Below, one piece after another: positions 47,596-61,300 of a stretch of 64,000 nucleotides of DNA. The notes beneath the pieces are model-generated. The model was not told the DNA's origin. It was given only the letters and a program-made list of their open reading frames with translations, and did not search any database. This DNA comes from Octopus sinensis. Lineage: Eukaryota. Within the stretch, counting starts at the first letter, position 1; each line of letters starts with the position of its first letter. Position numbers and translations under genes: made by a program. The DNA is taken from assembly GCF_006345805.1 (NCBI RefSeq), contig NC_043011.1, positions 9,982,001 through 10,046,000 on the forward strand, in the 5' to 3' direction.

Positions 47596-48177
47596 CTTAT
47601 GGTGATGGTAGTGGTTGTAATACAAGTAGTAACAGCAGTGTGCATAGTAAAAGCAGTAAAACATGTTCTGTTTTTACTAATCTCTTTCTCTCCCTCTCCA
47701 ATTCATACATCACCACCACCACCACCACCACCACCATGACTAGCAACAATAACAACAACAGGTCTTTATTCTATTTTCCCCTGGTACAAGACAATTCCTC
47801 CTTAGCCCCAATTCTTTCTTTCCCAGACAAGAGCAGACATTCTGCAGTCCTTTAGTTTCAGGACCAATCAGTTCCAAGCCTCCGGATTTGACCCTATACT
47901 CACAGGAAGTTATTCAGTCCCACCCTCATGGCCCACCCAAACTCCCAGCATCCTTAATTACTCACACACTCCATAGCAACCCCCCCCCCCACATACCATG
48001 CCATGAAGTGTGACTGTTGTTTCGTTATAATTAGGGGAGCTGAGCCCCCCCCCACCCCACCCACACTCACATGCACCATTTCATTAAAGTAATTAGAATT
48101 ATTCTTGGATCTAACGATTCTTTATCAGCAACATGGCCAAAGAGAAAATATCTGCAGGCATATTCTTATATTCTAAA

Positions 48178-48570
48178 TCATCATTTAATGTCCATTGTCC
48201 AAGCTGGCATGGGTTGGACGGTCTGACCAGAGCTGGCAACAAGCTGCAGAGCTGCACCAGGCTTCTGTGTCTGTTGTGGAATGGTTCCTACAGCTGGATG
48301 CCATTCCTAACACCAACCACTTCACAGAGTGCTCCACTGGGTGGTTTTATGTGGTTCCATGTGAGTGGCACTGGCAAGAGTGCTTTTTACATGGCACCAG
48401 CACAGAACTCTTGTAGGCCAATCCTCCAGGGGGTGGGGGGAATGTGGCCTTAACACTTCTGCAGGGGAGGACAGGACATTTTGAGTACAGCAAGATGCCA
48501 GTCCCCTTGGTCCTTTGTCATCTCGTGGTGCCTGGCACCTTGCTGTACTCAAGAAGACCCATATTAAATG
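48178..48570 (-). mobile_element. RTE family 1 3' tail, decayed
   Basis: atcatcatttaatgtcc...ctggcatgggttggacggtctgacc...ctggatgccattcctaacaccaaccac. Confidence 0.75.
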
Positions 48571-49581
48571 TAATATAGGTTTCTTGTAGATTGCCACCAA
48601 ATGCTTGTTATTTTACAGATTTTAAACATCCCTAATGGGAGTTTTGGTTAACTCATTACATGGATAGTCTCAGTTAATCGAAGATTTCTTTTTATTCTGT
48701 TTTGGTCTGTTGTCACCTTTTTATGCGAAAAACCTTAGGATTGACAACAATGCCATTCTGTAAGTTAAAGCACGTATAGGATATAGTATAGTGTACAGGA
48801 TTATATGGTACATTGTGTAGGATATAGAATATATAGTGTACAATAAAGTATATGGTTATCATATAGGTTATAGTACACAGTATAGGTTAAAGCACATTGT
48901 CAATTGGGCTAGATAGATAGAGAGCGAGAGAGAGAGAGAGAGACAGAGACAAAGAGAGACAGACAGACAGAAATCTGGGTCGTGTCGAAGTGTATGTGAT
49001 TAAAATGGTATAGCATCCAGAGAAAGAAGGAATCAGTCTCATCTTGTTTGCAACATTATTGGATCCTGTGAAGTAATGAACCATTCCAGTAGACAGAGAT
49101 ATTCACAGTTACCAGGTAAATCCTTCAACAGAAACTTATTTTAAGGAATATTCACTAAATGGCATTAACGAAATTGATTACCATGGGATTGGTTGATGAG
49201 GAAGCTTACTCTAGAAATTAGATAATTTGGGTATAAATTAACATAAAAGCAAGCCCCGCTTAAAACAGCTGTTTTACAGTTTCAGAGACAAAAAACAGTC
49301 ACCCCTCCCCAATCTCCTACCTCAATTCCCTCAGAGAAATCTGGAATCAGAAATGGAAATATTGTAAACAAAAGATATTTACTATTTTGGTAGATACTGA
49401 ACAGATGAATATAATATAATATAAGTACAAAGTAAATAGAGAGCAGTTAACTATAGAATAGTTAGATCTAAAGTATATACACTAACCTCTTATATAAAGT
49501 AGATATCAAGTATTCGAATATAGAATAGTTAGCTACAAGGTACATAGAGAGTGCTTAGATATAAAGAAAACATGCAGCCTC

Positions 49582-49589
49582 ATATATAT

Positions 49590-49646
<57 letters not shown>

Positions 49647-49647
49647 G

Positions 49648-49711
<64 letters not shown>

Positions 49712-49734
49712 GTATATATATATATATGTATATA

Positions 49735-49797
<63 letters not shown>

Positions 49798-49813
49798 GTA
49801 TAATATATATATG

Positions 49814-49855
<42 letters not shown>
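49582..49855. repeat. Long interrupted (TA)n/(TG)n array
   Basis: Direct reading. Confidence 0.95.
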
Positions 49856-50076
49856 AAATAATTATTCTAAGTTGGAAATACTGCATTTCTAAATGTCTCA
49901 GAGAGACTTATATAGTAGCAGCATGATAAAGTGATGGTTTTGTTGCCAACTTAATGTGGCAGTCCCAGGAAAGGGAAGAATGCTACTGCTATTTAGCCCC
50001 AGGAAAAATCGTTTCCAGTTGGCTATGTGACACAAACATTCTGTGTGCTTAAGTTTTCCACTCAGCAAAGCCAGCA

Positions 50077-50119
50077 CCCAGACACTAGTTTCAGAGTCAT
50101 TGCTCTTCATCAGTCTGGA
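50077..50119 (-). ncRNA. Type I hammerhead ribozyme motif (Penelope-type minimal), complete topology, G at cleavage position 17
   Basis: TCCAGA-CTGATGA-AGAG(CAATGA)CTCT-GAAA-CTAG-T-G-TCTGGG. Helix I 5 bp plus a G-U pair, helix II 4 bp, helix III is the perfect palindrome ACTAGT. Confidence 0.8.
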
Positions 50120-50184
50120 GTAGCTTATTCAAAGGGTAATAAGCATCGACAACTGGCAAGCACTCCACAGATCTGCTTACTTTT

Positions 50185-50671
50185 GTCCTCCCTCAAACGC
50201 TTTAAAATGTCATTGATTGTCCTCTGACAATCCTCGTGCACAAGCTGATAAATGTTCTCAACATTTCCAGGGTGATGCTCATGGTAGGCCTTCCAGGTCA
50301 CTCACTGTCTTCCAGGGATGTTCTTCCATTTTTGAAACACCCGTGCCACTTAAAACATTGCTTGTGACCCATTGCTTCTTCACCATAAGCTTGCTGAGGC
50401 ATGCTCAATGTCTCTGCAGCAGACTTCCAAAGTTTAATGCAAAGTTCTACGTTGGCTCTTTGTTTCTGTCCATGACAAAATCAGGCTACAGCAGACACAC
50501 GTGATCACAAAAACACAAAATTCACAACTTGCAAAGTAAACACAACAATGTCACTCAGTACAGGGCCTCACAAAGGTTACTGCTAGCTCTCACTGCACAC
50601 ACAGAACCATGTGCTGCCATCTGTTGGAGTACTACAGAACTAGTCCTGGAACTTTTCGATACCCCTTCATA
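50185..50671 (-). mobile_element. Mariner element 5' half (TIR plus HTH region), decayed
   Basis: TIR-like TATGAAGGGGTATCGAAAAGTTCCAGGACT (50671-50642); from ATG at 50473, with frameshifts, ..LQQAYGEEAM..CFKWH..FKNGRTSLED...GRP.. matches the mariner N-terminus. Confidence 0.85.
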
Positions 50672-50927
50672 AAGTAGATTCCCTTTTTATATAAACAAGT
50701 TAGACTGATCTCATTATATAAAATAGTTAGATTGACTTTTTTGTGTGAAATAGACTGACCTGTTTTATAGCTGTAGCACTACAAAGTCAATAACCATGAA
50801 ACCAGAAAAACAGCCAATAAAAGCCAATTGCTTTTAAAGTCTCCATTATGGTTTTCATATTTGAAACATTTTAACAAAATGAAATTGGAGAATATTTTGC
50901 ATCATTTTATTCCTCTCTGGTCTATGT

Positions 50928-50987
<60 letters not shown>

Positions 50988-51500
50988 TTAATAAGACTTT
51001 CTCTTCAACTGATTCTTTAACATTTCAATTAACAACTAATTCACATCACAGTGTGTCTCTCGTTCAATTAATTATGTTCACAGAATGTGTGGCATACAAT
51101 TTGTATCACAGCTGGTGTTTGTTGTTGTTGCTGTTGTTCTAAGAAGAGAAAATGGTAGAAGTGTTGTGTTAAGTATCCTGAGAAATTTGGTGACATCATT
51201 AGCTCGCATGTGAGCTCAAATCCCAGTAGTTGCTGTTATACATCAGATCTGGGAGGTTGATAAATTCTGTGGCAATAATTGAAAATTGATGTTACCTGAA
51301 GCAAGTTACCATCCTCCACTACTACCAATCTAGATGTATCATCATCAACAACAACATCAATCTTTTACTATCAGTAAATTGGCACTGATGTGCTTCTGTA
51401 ATAAAACATGCTGATAACTAATTAGAAGGCCAAGGTAATTAATGAATCTGACTGTAAATTATATCTTCAATTACACACACCTAAACAATCATATCTATCA

Positions 51501-51826
<326 letters not shown>

Positions 51827-52682
51827 AAGGTGCTTGGGCTAAATTTGACGATTTTTATGTCTGTCTTTTCAGGGACAGCTTGATGCATTGGTGAACAGTC
51901 CATGGTGTTGGGGATTAATGTTGATAGAGGGGACCAGAAGCAATCTGAATACAGGAAACGAGTCACTTGTATCATGTTGATTTGTGCCAGGTATCAAAAT
52001 CCAACATTATAACTGATGCTTAATGCTCTGCGAACACCGTAAAGGCTGCAAGACATGGTATGAACAACTGCAATGGAGACTATGAAACTGTGTCCAACAG
52101 GAAGGGAGGCAGCAGGCATTCGGATGGCATCCACATGTTGAAATTCATCCTCACATCTTTGAACAGGGCAGTAGGCTTAATTCAGACGACTGCATGAGGC
52201 TGCTGGAGACTGTGCTCAATCCCTGGCTGGAGAGGGTTGTTGCTAGAAGGCTATATGTGTGGCAGTAGGAATCAGCCTCACACCATACCTCTGGGAAGAG
52301 TCAGATGTAGTTGTCAGAGAATTTCTATGACTTCACCAGACTCAATTTCTGGTCTCCTAATTCCCCCGACTGTAATTCCATAGATTATTATATATGGGGC
52401 ATGGGTGAGGAAAACACCAACTGCTCTGCCTGCAACACCAAAGCCAAACCGGTGGCCAAGATCAAAGACTTTCCTTGGAATGCAGTGATGAATGCATGTG
52501 CCAGGTTCCAGAACCATCTTGAAGTTGTGGTGGAAACTAAGTGCATCAGCTTGGAGTAAACTGTTATCTCCCAGCCATAATCCAGGTTGATATTTTTGGA
52601 CACTTTAAAAATCTTTTTCTTTTTTTGAATAGAATATTGTTTTCCTTTTATGCAAACTGTCAAATTTAGTCTGAACACTGTG
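51827..52682 (+). mobile_element. Internally deleted DD37D (maT-like) transposon with both TIRs
   Basis: WQ*ES...WSPNSPDCNSIDYYIWG with exactly 37 residues between the second catalytic position (decayed to E) and the final D; TIR gtgcttgggctaaatttgac vs gtgttcagactaaatttgac (15/20). Confidence 0.8.
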
Positions 52683-52733
<51 letters not shown>

Positions 52734-52819
52734 GCGCGCGTGCGTGTGTGTAACCTATATGGTAGATATATATAAACAGGGCAAATTTAACCAATTTCTC
52801 CAAAGATTGATAAAATGAT

Positions 52820-52867
52820 GAACACCATTAATTTTCAAGACTTATTGACTTCTCATCAGAGGTGTCC
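52820..52867 (-). ncRNA. Degenerate type I hammerhead-like motif
   Basis: GGACACC-T-CTGATGA-G-AAGTC(aataa)GTCTT-GAAAATTAAT-GGTGTTC: 7-bp helix I, helix II 4/5, cleavage-site register broken. Confidence 0.4.
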
Positions 52868-54829
52868 AAATCAAGTTGACCAATTCTAGAGAAACAAACA
52901 GCCAATCCTTTTATATTACTCAACAAACCCTGAAGCTCCAAAGAGGACTGGGGCCTCTAAGTTGTATACCAAAAGCCATGTCATTGGGGATTTCAGTAAC
53001 AAAGCCTGCTAAATAAATGAATTAAGAAAACCAATGAATACCAGCATAGAAAACAAGGTGGTTGATGATGATGATGGTACACACACCCACACACACACCC
53101 ACACACACACACACACCACACACACACACACACACACACTATACCCTGAAAAAGCAACCACTTTACAACCCAAATATTAGACATACCAAAACATGAATTG
53201 TTTCCAGAAAGAGAATATTTGTTTAGATGCTGGACCCATAAATATGTGTAGATAGACATTGTTAATGAGATGATAAAAGCAGTTGTAACACTTCTTATGG
53301 GGTTTTTAGAATTATGTTTAGGGTTTAGGATAAAGGAAAGGGATTACTTTATTCTGGAATTTGGTAGACATATTCTCTGGAATTATATTCCATTCTGTGG
53401 AAATCTCCACTTAATTGATTCTGCCTTATTTATATTTTCAATTTTTCACATCTCATAATTTAATAATCACAACACTAAGTTGAAATTTTAATTAAATTTT
53501 AACGATATATTATTTGGCTTCTCTTTGTAATTCAATTTACACTAAGATGTAGTTGTGTGAGTAATGTGTGTGTAACTTTTATTCTTCCAGGGTTAATATA
53601 ATTAAGAGCTAGTCAAGTGCTGGGGTCAATAAAATCATTCATTCAAACCCATCCACATCCTCATCACCTGCAAAAATAGTCTGATGACAATGCTAAAAGT
53701 TTGCATTGCTTTATCCAAAAGAATGAACTGGCTGTTGTGTCAGTGGAGCACTGAAAGAAATGCCCTGTTGATTCTGGCATTCTCAGTTCAAATCCCACTG
53801 AAGTCTCATCCTTCCAAGGATAAATCACCATTTGACCGGCAGAGTCGGCAGAGCATTGGATAGAGTGCCGTGTGGTATTTGTTCCAATGGCTATCTGAGT
53901 AACTGAGCTCAAATCCTGACAATTTACACACACACACACACACATCAAGTTTCACCTTCCAGCTTGACAGCACACACACACACACACAATTAGCAAATAA
54001 CTTGCAGATGCAAGTGTCATTAAATAAAAGCTCCACACGCTGGAACTCGAGAGGGCTTAGGAGATCATCAGGAGAGTTCATTTCAGTGCCTTTGTCTTTA
54101 TTGCACACCAGCACTTGTCACTAGCACCAACTTGATCACCTGATTACCAGTGTTCTACACACACACACACACACACACTTAGCTAAGCTGATATCTTCCT
54201 AAACATGACTCCATTGCCATAACCAGCAACAGTTTGAATCGTTTGTTTTAGAAAACCTTTCCATAAATATGTAAAATATTGATGTGACTTGTAGTATCCT
54301 AAATGTTAATTAAAAGATGAAATGATATTTCTAATTACAGGGAATAGAAATTTTGCTACAAACATTGAAATAGATAATTAGTTTTTAAAAAACAATGAAT
54401 TTTTCTTTGTATCCAGACTTTTGGTCAGAACCACATCTCTCTGTATATAACCACCATCATCATGTTATGTCCACTTTCCATGCTGATGTGGGATGGAAAG
54501 ATCATTGCAGCTCAGTTCTTACTGGGATGCGCTTCCTTCATAGTTGGATGCTTAGATGTTTCCATGGCTCGATACCCTTCCAATTACTGACCACCCTGTA
54601 GAAATCATTCTGTATTCCTTACCCACCACAACAACCATAAGAGACAACAGTGAACTGTTTACATATACAATCTCTATTGAGACTTCATCATTTCTAAACT
54701 GCCACTCACCATTCTCTCTCTCTCTCTCTCTCTCTCCTGACTCTTGTCTTGTCACCATTCATTCCCCACCCCTTCTCTTCACCCCTTATCATATTGTTGC
54801 TTCTTTTACCTACTGTTCCATCTTTTCAT

Positions 54830-54881
<52 letters not shown>

Positions 54882-56579
54882 ACCACTATTCCCTCCCTTT
54901 CCATGAACTCAGAGTAATATCTCTTTACATTTACAGAGTATGAGACATGTCAGTGTCCCAGCAAAATGCTCTCCCCCCCCCCCCCGTCCTCAGTATATCT
55001 TCAACAGAGATAAGTAAGAGGGAAGTGGAAAAAGAGGGATGAGCAAAGCCTTTAATCTTGCCTGCTGAGGACTTGACAACCTCTCAAGTGAAGATGCCAC
55101 CAAGATATGAGTGATAAAGAAATGAGAGACGGGGGGGGGGGGGGGGGGGTAACTGAGGCAGGAGGGGAGAGGGGTTAAAGATACTACTGAGTGGGGGGAG
55201 ATAAAAGCAGGCTTGACATAATGAGTGGATGTGTTGGTGTATGTGTGTCTGTTAGTGTTCGTGTGTGTGTATATATGTTGGTGTGTCTATCAGTGTGTGT
55301 GTGTTGTTTGTATGTGCGTGTATGTGTGAATCATGCAATCATAAAATGGAAGTCACTAATATCTTCCTAAAAGAGTTCTTTCTAACTTAAATAAGAACTC
55401 GCACTGTGAACTTCTGTTTTATTTCCCTTTTTTTGAATTTTATTTTATTTTATTCTGACAAAATTCCAGCAAAACTCTTTCTTTGAATGAATAAATATTT
55501 AGTGTTTTTGATAGGAACTACCAAAACGGTTTCTGAAAATTCATTCCAACTAACATTATCCCTAAAAATCAATATTATGTTCTTCTCTTCACCTGTAAAC
55601 ACTTAATGTTACCAATTTCATAAATTCTAGCTCCAACTTCAGACAGGTTTTACAATTCTTGCCAAAATATAAGAATCAGTTTTCCAAAATGTTACCAACC
55701 CAGAAACAATAACAGCGCCAAGATCCTACAGATTCTCAAAACATCAAAATGTGAAAACATATCAGGAAACCCCTAACCCTAACCCCCCCCCCACACACAC
55801 ACACAAAGATGGGTTCAACAAAACAACTCAGTCACAATTACAGACCCAGGAGCAATGTCCCCTCTTACATTATATAAAAGATTTAAAGCCAAGACTGAAA
55901 CAATAAATTGGTTTGTAAATCTATTACTGTCTTTTATTTATTGGAACAAACTGTGGCCATACTGAAGCACAACCGTTGATAACTTTTGTGAATCGTATTG
56001 ACTGTTTCTTATTTAGTTTTATCAACCTCATAAAAGTTGAGCTGAAGGGAAAGGAATTTCCAGGGAACAAAGTTAATGTAAGCTCTTTTAGTGTCTATTT
56101 ATTTTATTTATCTTTGAGCATACCGATGGGGAGGGGGTCATTCCACACCATTGTGTATGTGTGTGTGTGTGCGTGTGTGTGTGTGTGTGTGTGTGCACAT
56201 ACCAACTCAATAGTTGAATACTTTATCATGATTCAAAACATTATAATCGTTAATGATGGGTTAGATTAATTGCCTCATTTACCATAAAGTTAAAATACTA
56301 GCATAAAACTAATCATAGCTGAATGACAAAATACAGTTTCTGAGGAGAACCAACGGTTTGTGAATGGCTACTGGCACTTGGAGTCCACCGGAACAGAGAC
56401 ATTTGTCAAATGGAATATCCTCATTCAAGCAAAATGTCACAGTAAGGCAGGTATATACCTGTATTCATTGACACACACACACAAGAAATAAGACCAAACT
56501 TAGAGTCCTGAGTATGTGAAAAATATTTCTGCCAACCAGAGACAGAAAATGTTCAAAGCAACTGCCCAGTTGCAGCAAC

Positions 56580-56790
56580 CAATATTGGTTTCAAATTCTG
56601 GAACAAGGCCAGCAATTTTGGGAGAGGAAGTAAGTTGATTCCATCAACTCCAGGACTCAACTGGTCCTTATCGACCACAAAAGGATGAATGGCAAGTTGG
56701 CCTTAACAGAATTTGAACTTCGACTGTAAAGATGGATGAAATGCCACTGAGCACTTTGCCTGGCATGTTAATGATTCTGCCAGCTCAACC
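56580..56790 (-). mobile_element. SINE family B, decayed
   Basis: aaaggatgaatggcaagtt..cct..acagaatttgaact..; gattctgccagctc. Confidence 0.7.
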
Positions 56791-56974
56791 AGTCGGAACT
56801 AGTATTGCCATAATGAGAACCAATTCTATAAATCTCTGTGATAAATTATGCAAAATATTAAAGAACCTAGTGGTGGGTGAGGTTATGGAATTGGGGATTG
56901 CTGAATGAGAGAACGGTTTAGCATATAGAATCTATGTTTCTGTCATATAAATTAATATTATGAGAGATGATAGA

Positions 56975-57005
<31 letters not shown>

Positions 57006-57814
57006 GGAAGAGAGAGAAAGAGAGAGAGAGAGCAAGGGTAGAAAAGCAAGAGAACAAGAAATAAACATATAAGTATAGTTATACAACAAATATTTACATT
57101 CCCATATAAATACATGTATGTGGGTGTTTGTTTGTTTGTGTCTAAAACCTCACCAGAAACTCAATGAAGATGTTATTATTATTAATGAAGTCTCTAGCTG
57201 AACGTTTCATTAATTCAACAAAGACTGGATAAGATAACAATTTCAGATTTGTGAGAAATGTTTTAGTTCCAAATTTACTGAAAGTTAACCTGGAAATAAC
57301 TCCAATCCAGAAACACTGCAACATCGGTTAATTCAATAACTCTTCACATTTTCTGTCTATTACTCAAAAATCAATGTTTAAAATGTGTAAAATTCTAAAT
57401 TAACAAAAGCAAAGTCACACACACACACACACAATAGTCTTGTAAGCTACACAGTAACCTCATTTGTTTTGGTGGTATGAAAAAAAGGCAACCAGCAATT
57501 CCTAATGCCAACCACTGTAACGTGTGTGTGTGTGTGTGTGTGTGCATAGGTCAGGTGAAATTTATGGAGACAATGAGTTGCTCTTCGTGTCACCAACCTG
57601 CAGCAGCCAGTTCTTCATCCTGTTACGTCACCTCTTTCCAAGTAAGGTAATATTTTCCCTAATTCTTCAAATGTAAACAGAACAAAGGCCAGGCATGGAA
57701 GAAGGCTAACAAACAAAACATCATTTTGTATCTCAGTGTCATTTGTTTACTATTAGCTCACAGTCAATGCACCTCCACCCCACCCCCATCTATATATATA
57801 TATATATATATATA

Positions 57815-58050
57815 TCAATAAGGATAAGATCGTTAATTTAAATATCAATTTTATCAAGTGGCCAGCATGGGAAAAAACCTTCAAAGGATAACTGAAGAGA
57901 TGGTGGCAGGCATTTCCACTTCAGCATCCAAAACTCGGAGTTTAATCTTGGCTACCGAATAATTGTCACATATTACATTTATAGATGAATTCCTCTATTT
58001 ACATCATATCGAGGTCGCTTTCTTTCTTTTGTTATCTTAACGTTTTTATC
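57815..58050 (+). mobile_element. Penelope-like non-coding element (pLTR-like) containing a hammerhead motif
   Basis: Non-coding block bounded by (TA)n and (TATG)n; hammerhead motif at 57885-57949. Confidence 0.5.
57885..57949 (+). ncRNA. Type I hammerhead motif with long helix II, G12 mutated
   Basis: AGGATAA-CTGAAGA-GATG-GTGG(caggcattt)CCAC-ttcag-CATC-C-AAAAC-TCG-GAGT-T-TAATCTT. Helix I 6/7, helix III ACTC/GAGT, CCAAAAC is CCGAAAC after CpG decay. Confidence 0.6.
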
Positions 58051-58051
58051 A

Positions 58052-58084
<33 letters not shown>

Positions 58085-58309
58085 TGTATGTATGTATGTG
58101 TATGTATGTATGTATGTGCAAAGTAAACTTCTTTCCCACAGTCTCTCTACTGAATATTCATTGAACTAGAGAAGGCCTTTGTCAGACAACCACAGTCTGG
58201 TGGTCGCTAAGAATAAAGTTAAACAATGGTTGTCATAAAAACCAACATGACATACATCATTATATACAAGCCAACATAAATATACACTGTTATATAGAAG
58301 CCAACAGGT

Positions 58310-61300
58310 AGTGGGTAGCGAACTTCTTCACTACTTCAGGGAGTGACAACCCTGCCTGACACGAGTTCCGGGCTCAGCTGGCTCCGGCTGACAGTACCTG
58401 GTATGGACCCCTATCCAGGGTTACGGAAAGGAGACAACCTTCAATGAAATCCGGAGTGGAGCCCCGAAGACGGTCTAGTGTTCGACTCGACACTCTTCCG
58501 GCAGCTACTGCAACCAAGCTGGTGCCAAACGTAATGCACTGCACTCCTTTGGACTACATCAGCAAGGTCGAGAGAGGAAACCTGACGATTGGGCTACCCA
58601 GGACTTTCTTATCTATAGCCCAAGCCTGCGCAAAACTGGAGAGGACACTTCAGTGCTGCTGTAAAAAGCTGCAGAAACAACACGGGAGGTAACAGTCACG
58701 AGTGATAAGTCCATTCAGATTGGCATAAAATATGGGCGCAACGGGTTACCTCTGACAGTGGGAGGGACCTCCGTGTCCTATTGGTTAGCTACTGCCCACC
58801 TCAAGCTGAGCAGCCCACAGTTAATAAGGTGCTGACCCGCCACAGGCCGCCTGCTCCATTGGGTGCTTGGAGCTAAGAGTATGACTCGAAAAGCGGTCTG
58901 CAACCTCTGCACCAGGCAAACAACTAAGAGTTAAGAAAATACCAGTTCTGCAGTTGGCAAGCTGGAATGTCAGGACCATATGTCCTGGAATATCTGATGA
59001 TCTACTCAGGATTGAAGACACAAGGAAAACGGCCATCATTGACTGTGAACTAAAGAGGCTCAACATAGATATTGCTGGGCTGCAGGAGACAAGACTTCCC
59101 TCAAACGGCAAACTCAAAGAGCAGGATTTCACCTTCTTTTGGCAGGGAAGAGATCCAGAAGAACCTCGTCAACATGGCGTTGGCTTTGCAGTGAGAAACT
59201 CACTACTCTCCTCTATAGAACCACCATCAGGAGGCACTGAGCGTATCCTCTCACTGTGCCTCTCGACTTCTTCTGGCTCAATACATCTACTCAGCATCTA
59301 TGCTCCCACTCTCTACAGCTCAGAGGAGACGAACGACCAGTTCTACAAAGATCTCAACTGTGTCATAGAAAATATACCAACGACTGAAAATATCTACCTT
59401 CTAGGAGATTTTAATGCTCGCATGGGATCTGACCATGATTCGTGGCCCATTTGTGTTGGACACTTTGGTATTGGCAACATGAATGACAACGGTCAGAGAC
59501 TACTCGAATCTGCACATACCATAACCTGTGCCTCACAAACACATTCTTTACCAACAAGCCATCCTACAAGGCATCCTGGAGACATCCAAGATCTCACCAC
59601 TGGCATCAGCTGGATCTCATCATTACATGGAGATCCTTTCTGAGCTCTACTCTATTGACCCGCAGTTACCACAGCGCAGATTGTGACACAGACCACTCAC
59701 TAATTAGCAGTAGGGTGAGGATTCTGCCTAAAAAAGTCCATCGCTCCAAGAAAGTGGGCCGACCACGTATCAACACCGCCACTGCGACAATGTTTTGCTG
59801 TTTCTATCAAGGTTGCCCTCAGTAGCTGCTCAACCTCCTCTGCTGAAAGTAGGTGGAATTATATCAAGGATTTTTGTATACCATATCAATAGATACTTTC
59901 GGCATCAGAGAAAGGGAAAACCCAGATTGTTTCAGTGCTGGGCTCTCAGAGCTGGAACCAGTTATCGAAGCAAAGCGTGCAGCTCTGATGCAATACAAGA
60001 GTGACTCTTCTACAAAGTCACTCGAAGAACTCAGAAAGGCACGAAATAAAACCCAACTGACAGCCAGACGCTGTGCAAATAGGTATTGGCAGGAAATCTG
60101 TCAGAGTATCCAGTCAGTTGCTGACATTGGCGACACCCGTGGGATGTATGCCAGTTTGAAGAAGGCCCTTGGTCCATCCGCAACCAAGTCAGCCCCTCTG
60201 AAATCAACTACTGGAGATCTCATCAAGGACCAAAGCAAGCAAATGGATAGATGGGTGGAGTACTACCAGGATCTCTACTCACAGGAGACCACGGTAGCTG
60301 AGGCTGCAATCGAGGGTGTCAAGATCTTGCCAGTCATGTGTGAACTTGACAGTCTGCCATCTATAGCAGAGCTCACCAAGGCTGTTGACTCCCTAGCAAG
60401 AAATAAGGCTCCGGGAAAAGATGGCATCCCCTCAGAGATCATCAAAGCTGGCAAAAACACCATCCTGCTTCGGCACCTTCATGAGCTTTTGTGTCAGTAC
60501 TGGGAAGAGGGTACGGTCCCTCAGGATATGCGGGATGCTAACATCATTACGCTTTACAAAAACAAAGGTGACCGTGGTGATTGTAACAATTACCGTAGTA
60601 TATCTCTTCTAAGCACTGTTGGAAAGACCTTTGCCCACGTTATCCTGGCCAGGCTACAACTACTTGCTTCTCGAATCTATCCGGAATCGCAGTGTGGCTT
60701 TAGAAGAAGCAGATCAACTATCGATATGATATTCTCCAGACGCCAACTTCAGGAGAAGTCCAGAGAGCAGAAAATGCCATTATATATGGCCTTCATTGAT
60801 CAGACAAAGGCCTTTGACTTGGTAAGTAGAAAAGGCCTCTTCATCTTGCTCCAAAAAATTAGATGTCCACCAAAGCTGCTGAGGATCATCAAGTCTTTCC
60901 ATGATGACATGCAAGGCACTATACAGCACAACGGTTCAACATCAGCCGCCTTCCAAATAAAAAACGGGGTAAAGCAAGGTTGTGTCCTCGCTCCTACATT
61001 GTTTACATTGTTTGGCATCTTCTTCTCGCTCTTACTTTCACATGCCTTTCAGACATCAGATGATGGAGTGTTTCTGCACAGTAGAAGTGACGGGAAACTG
61101 TTCAATCTCTCGCGCCTGCGTGCCAAGACCAAAATCAGAAACGTCCTGATCAAGGAGATGTTATTTGCTGATGATGCCGCTCTGGTAACACACACAGAAG
61201 AAGCCCTCCAAATGCTCATTAACTGTTTTGAGCAAGCATGTAACAACTTTGGCTTAGCTATCAGCCTTAAGAAGACCAACATCATGGGCCAGGCTACATC

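Noticed and set aside
55060-55105. CTGAGGA / ACTTGA-TCAAGT stem
   Set aside because: No GAAA after the stem, and no helix I or III.
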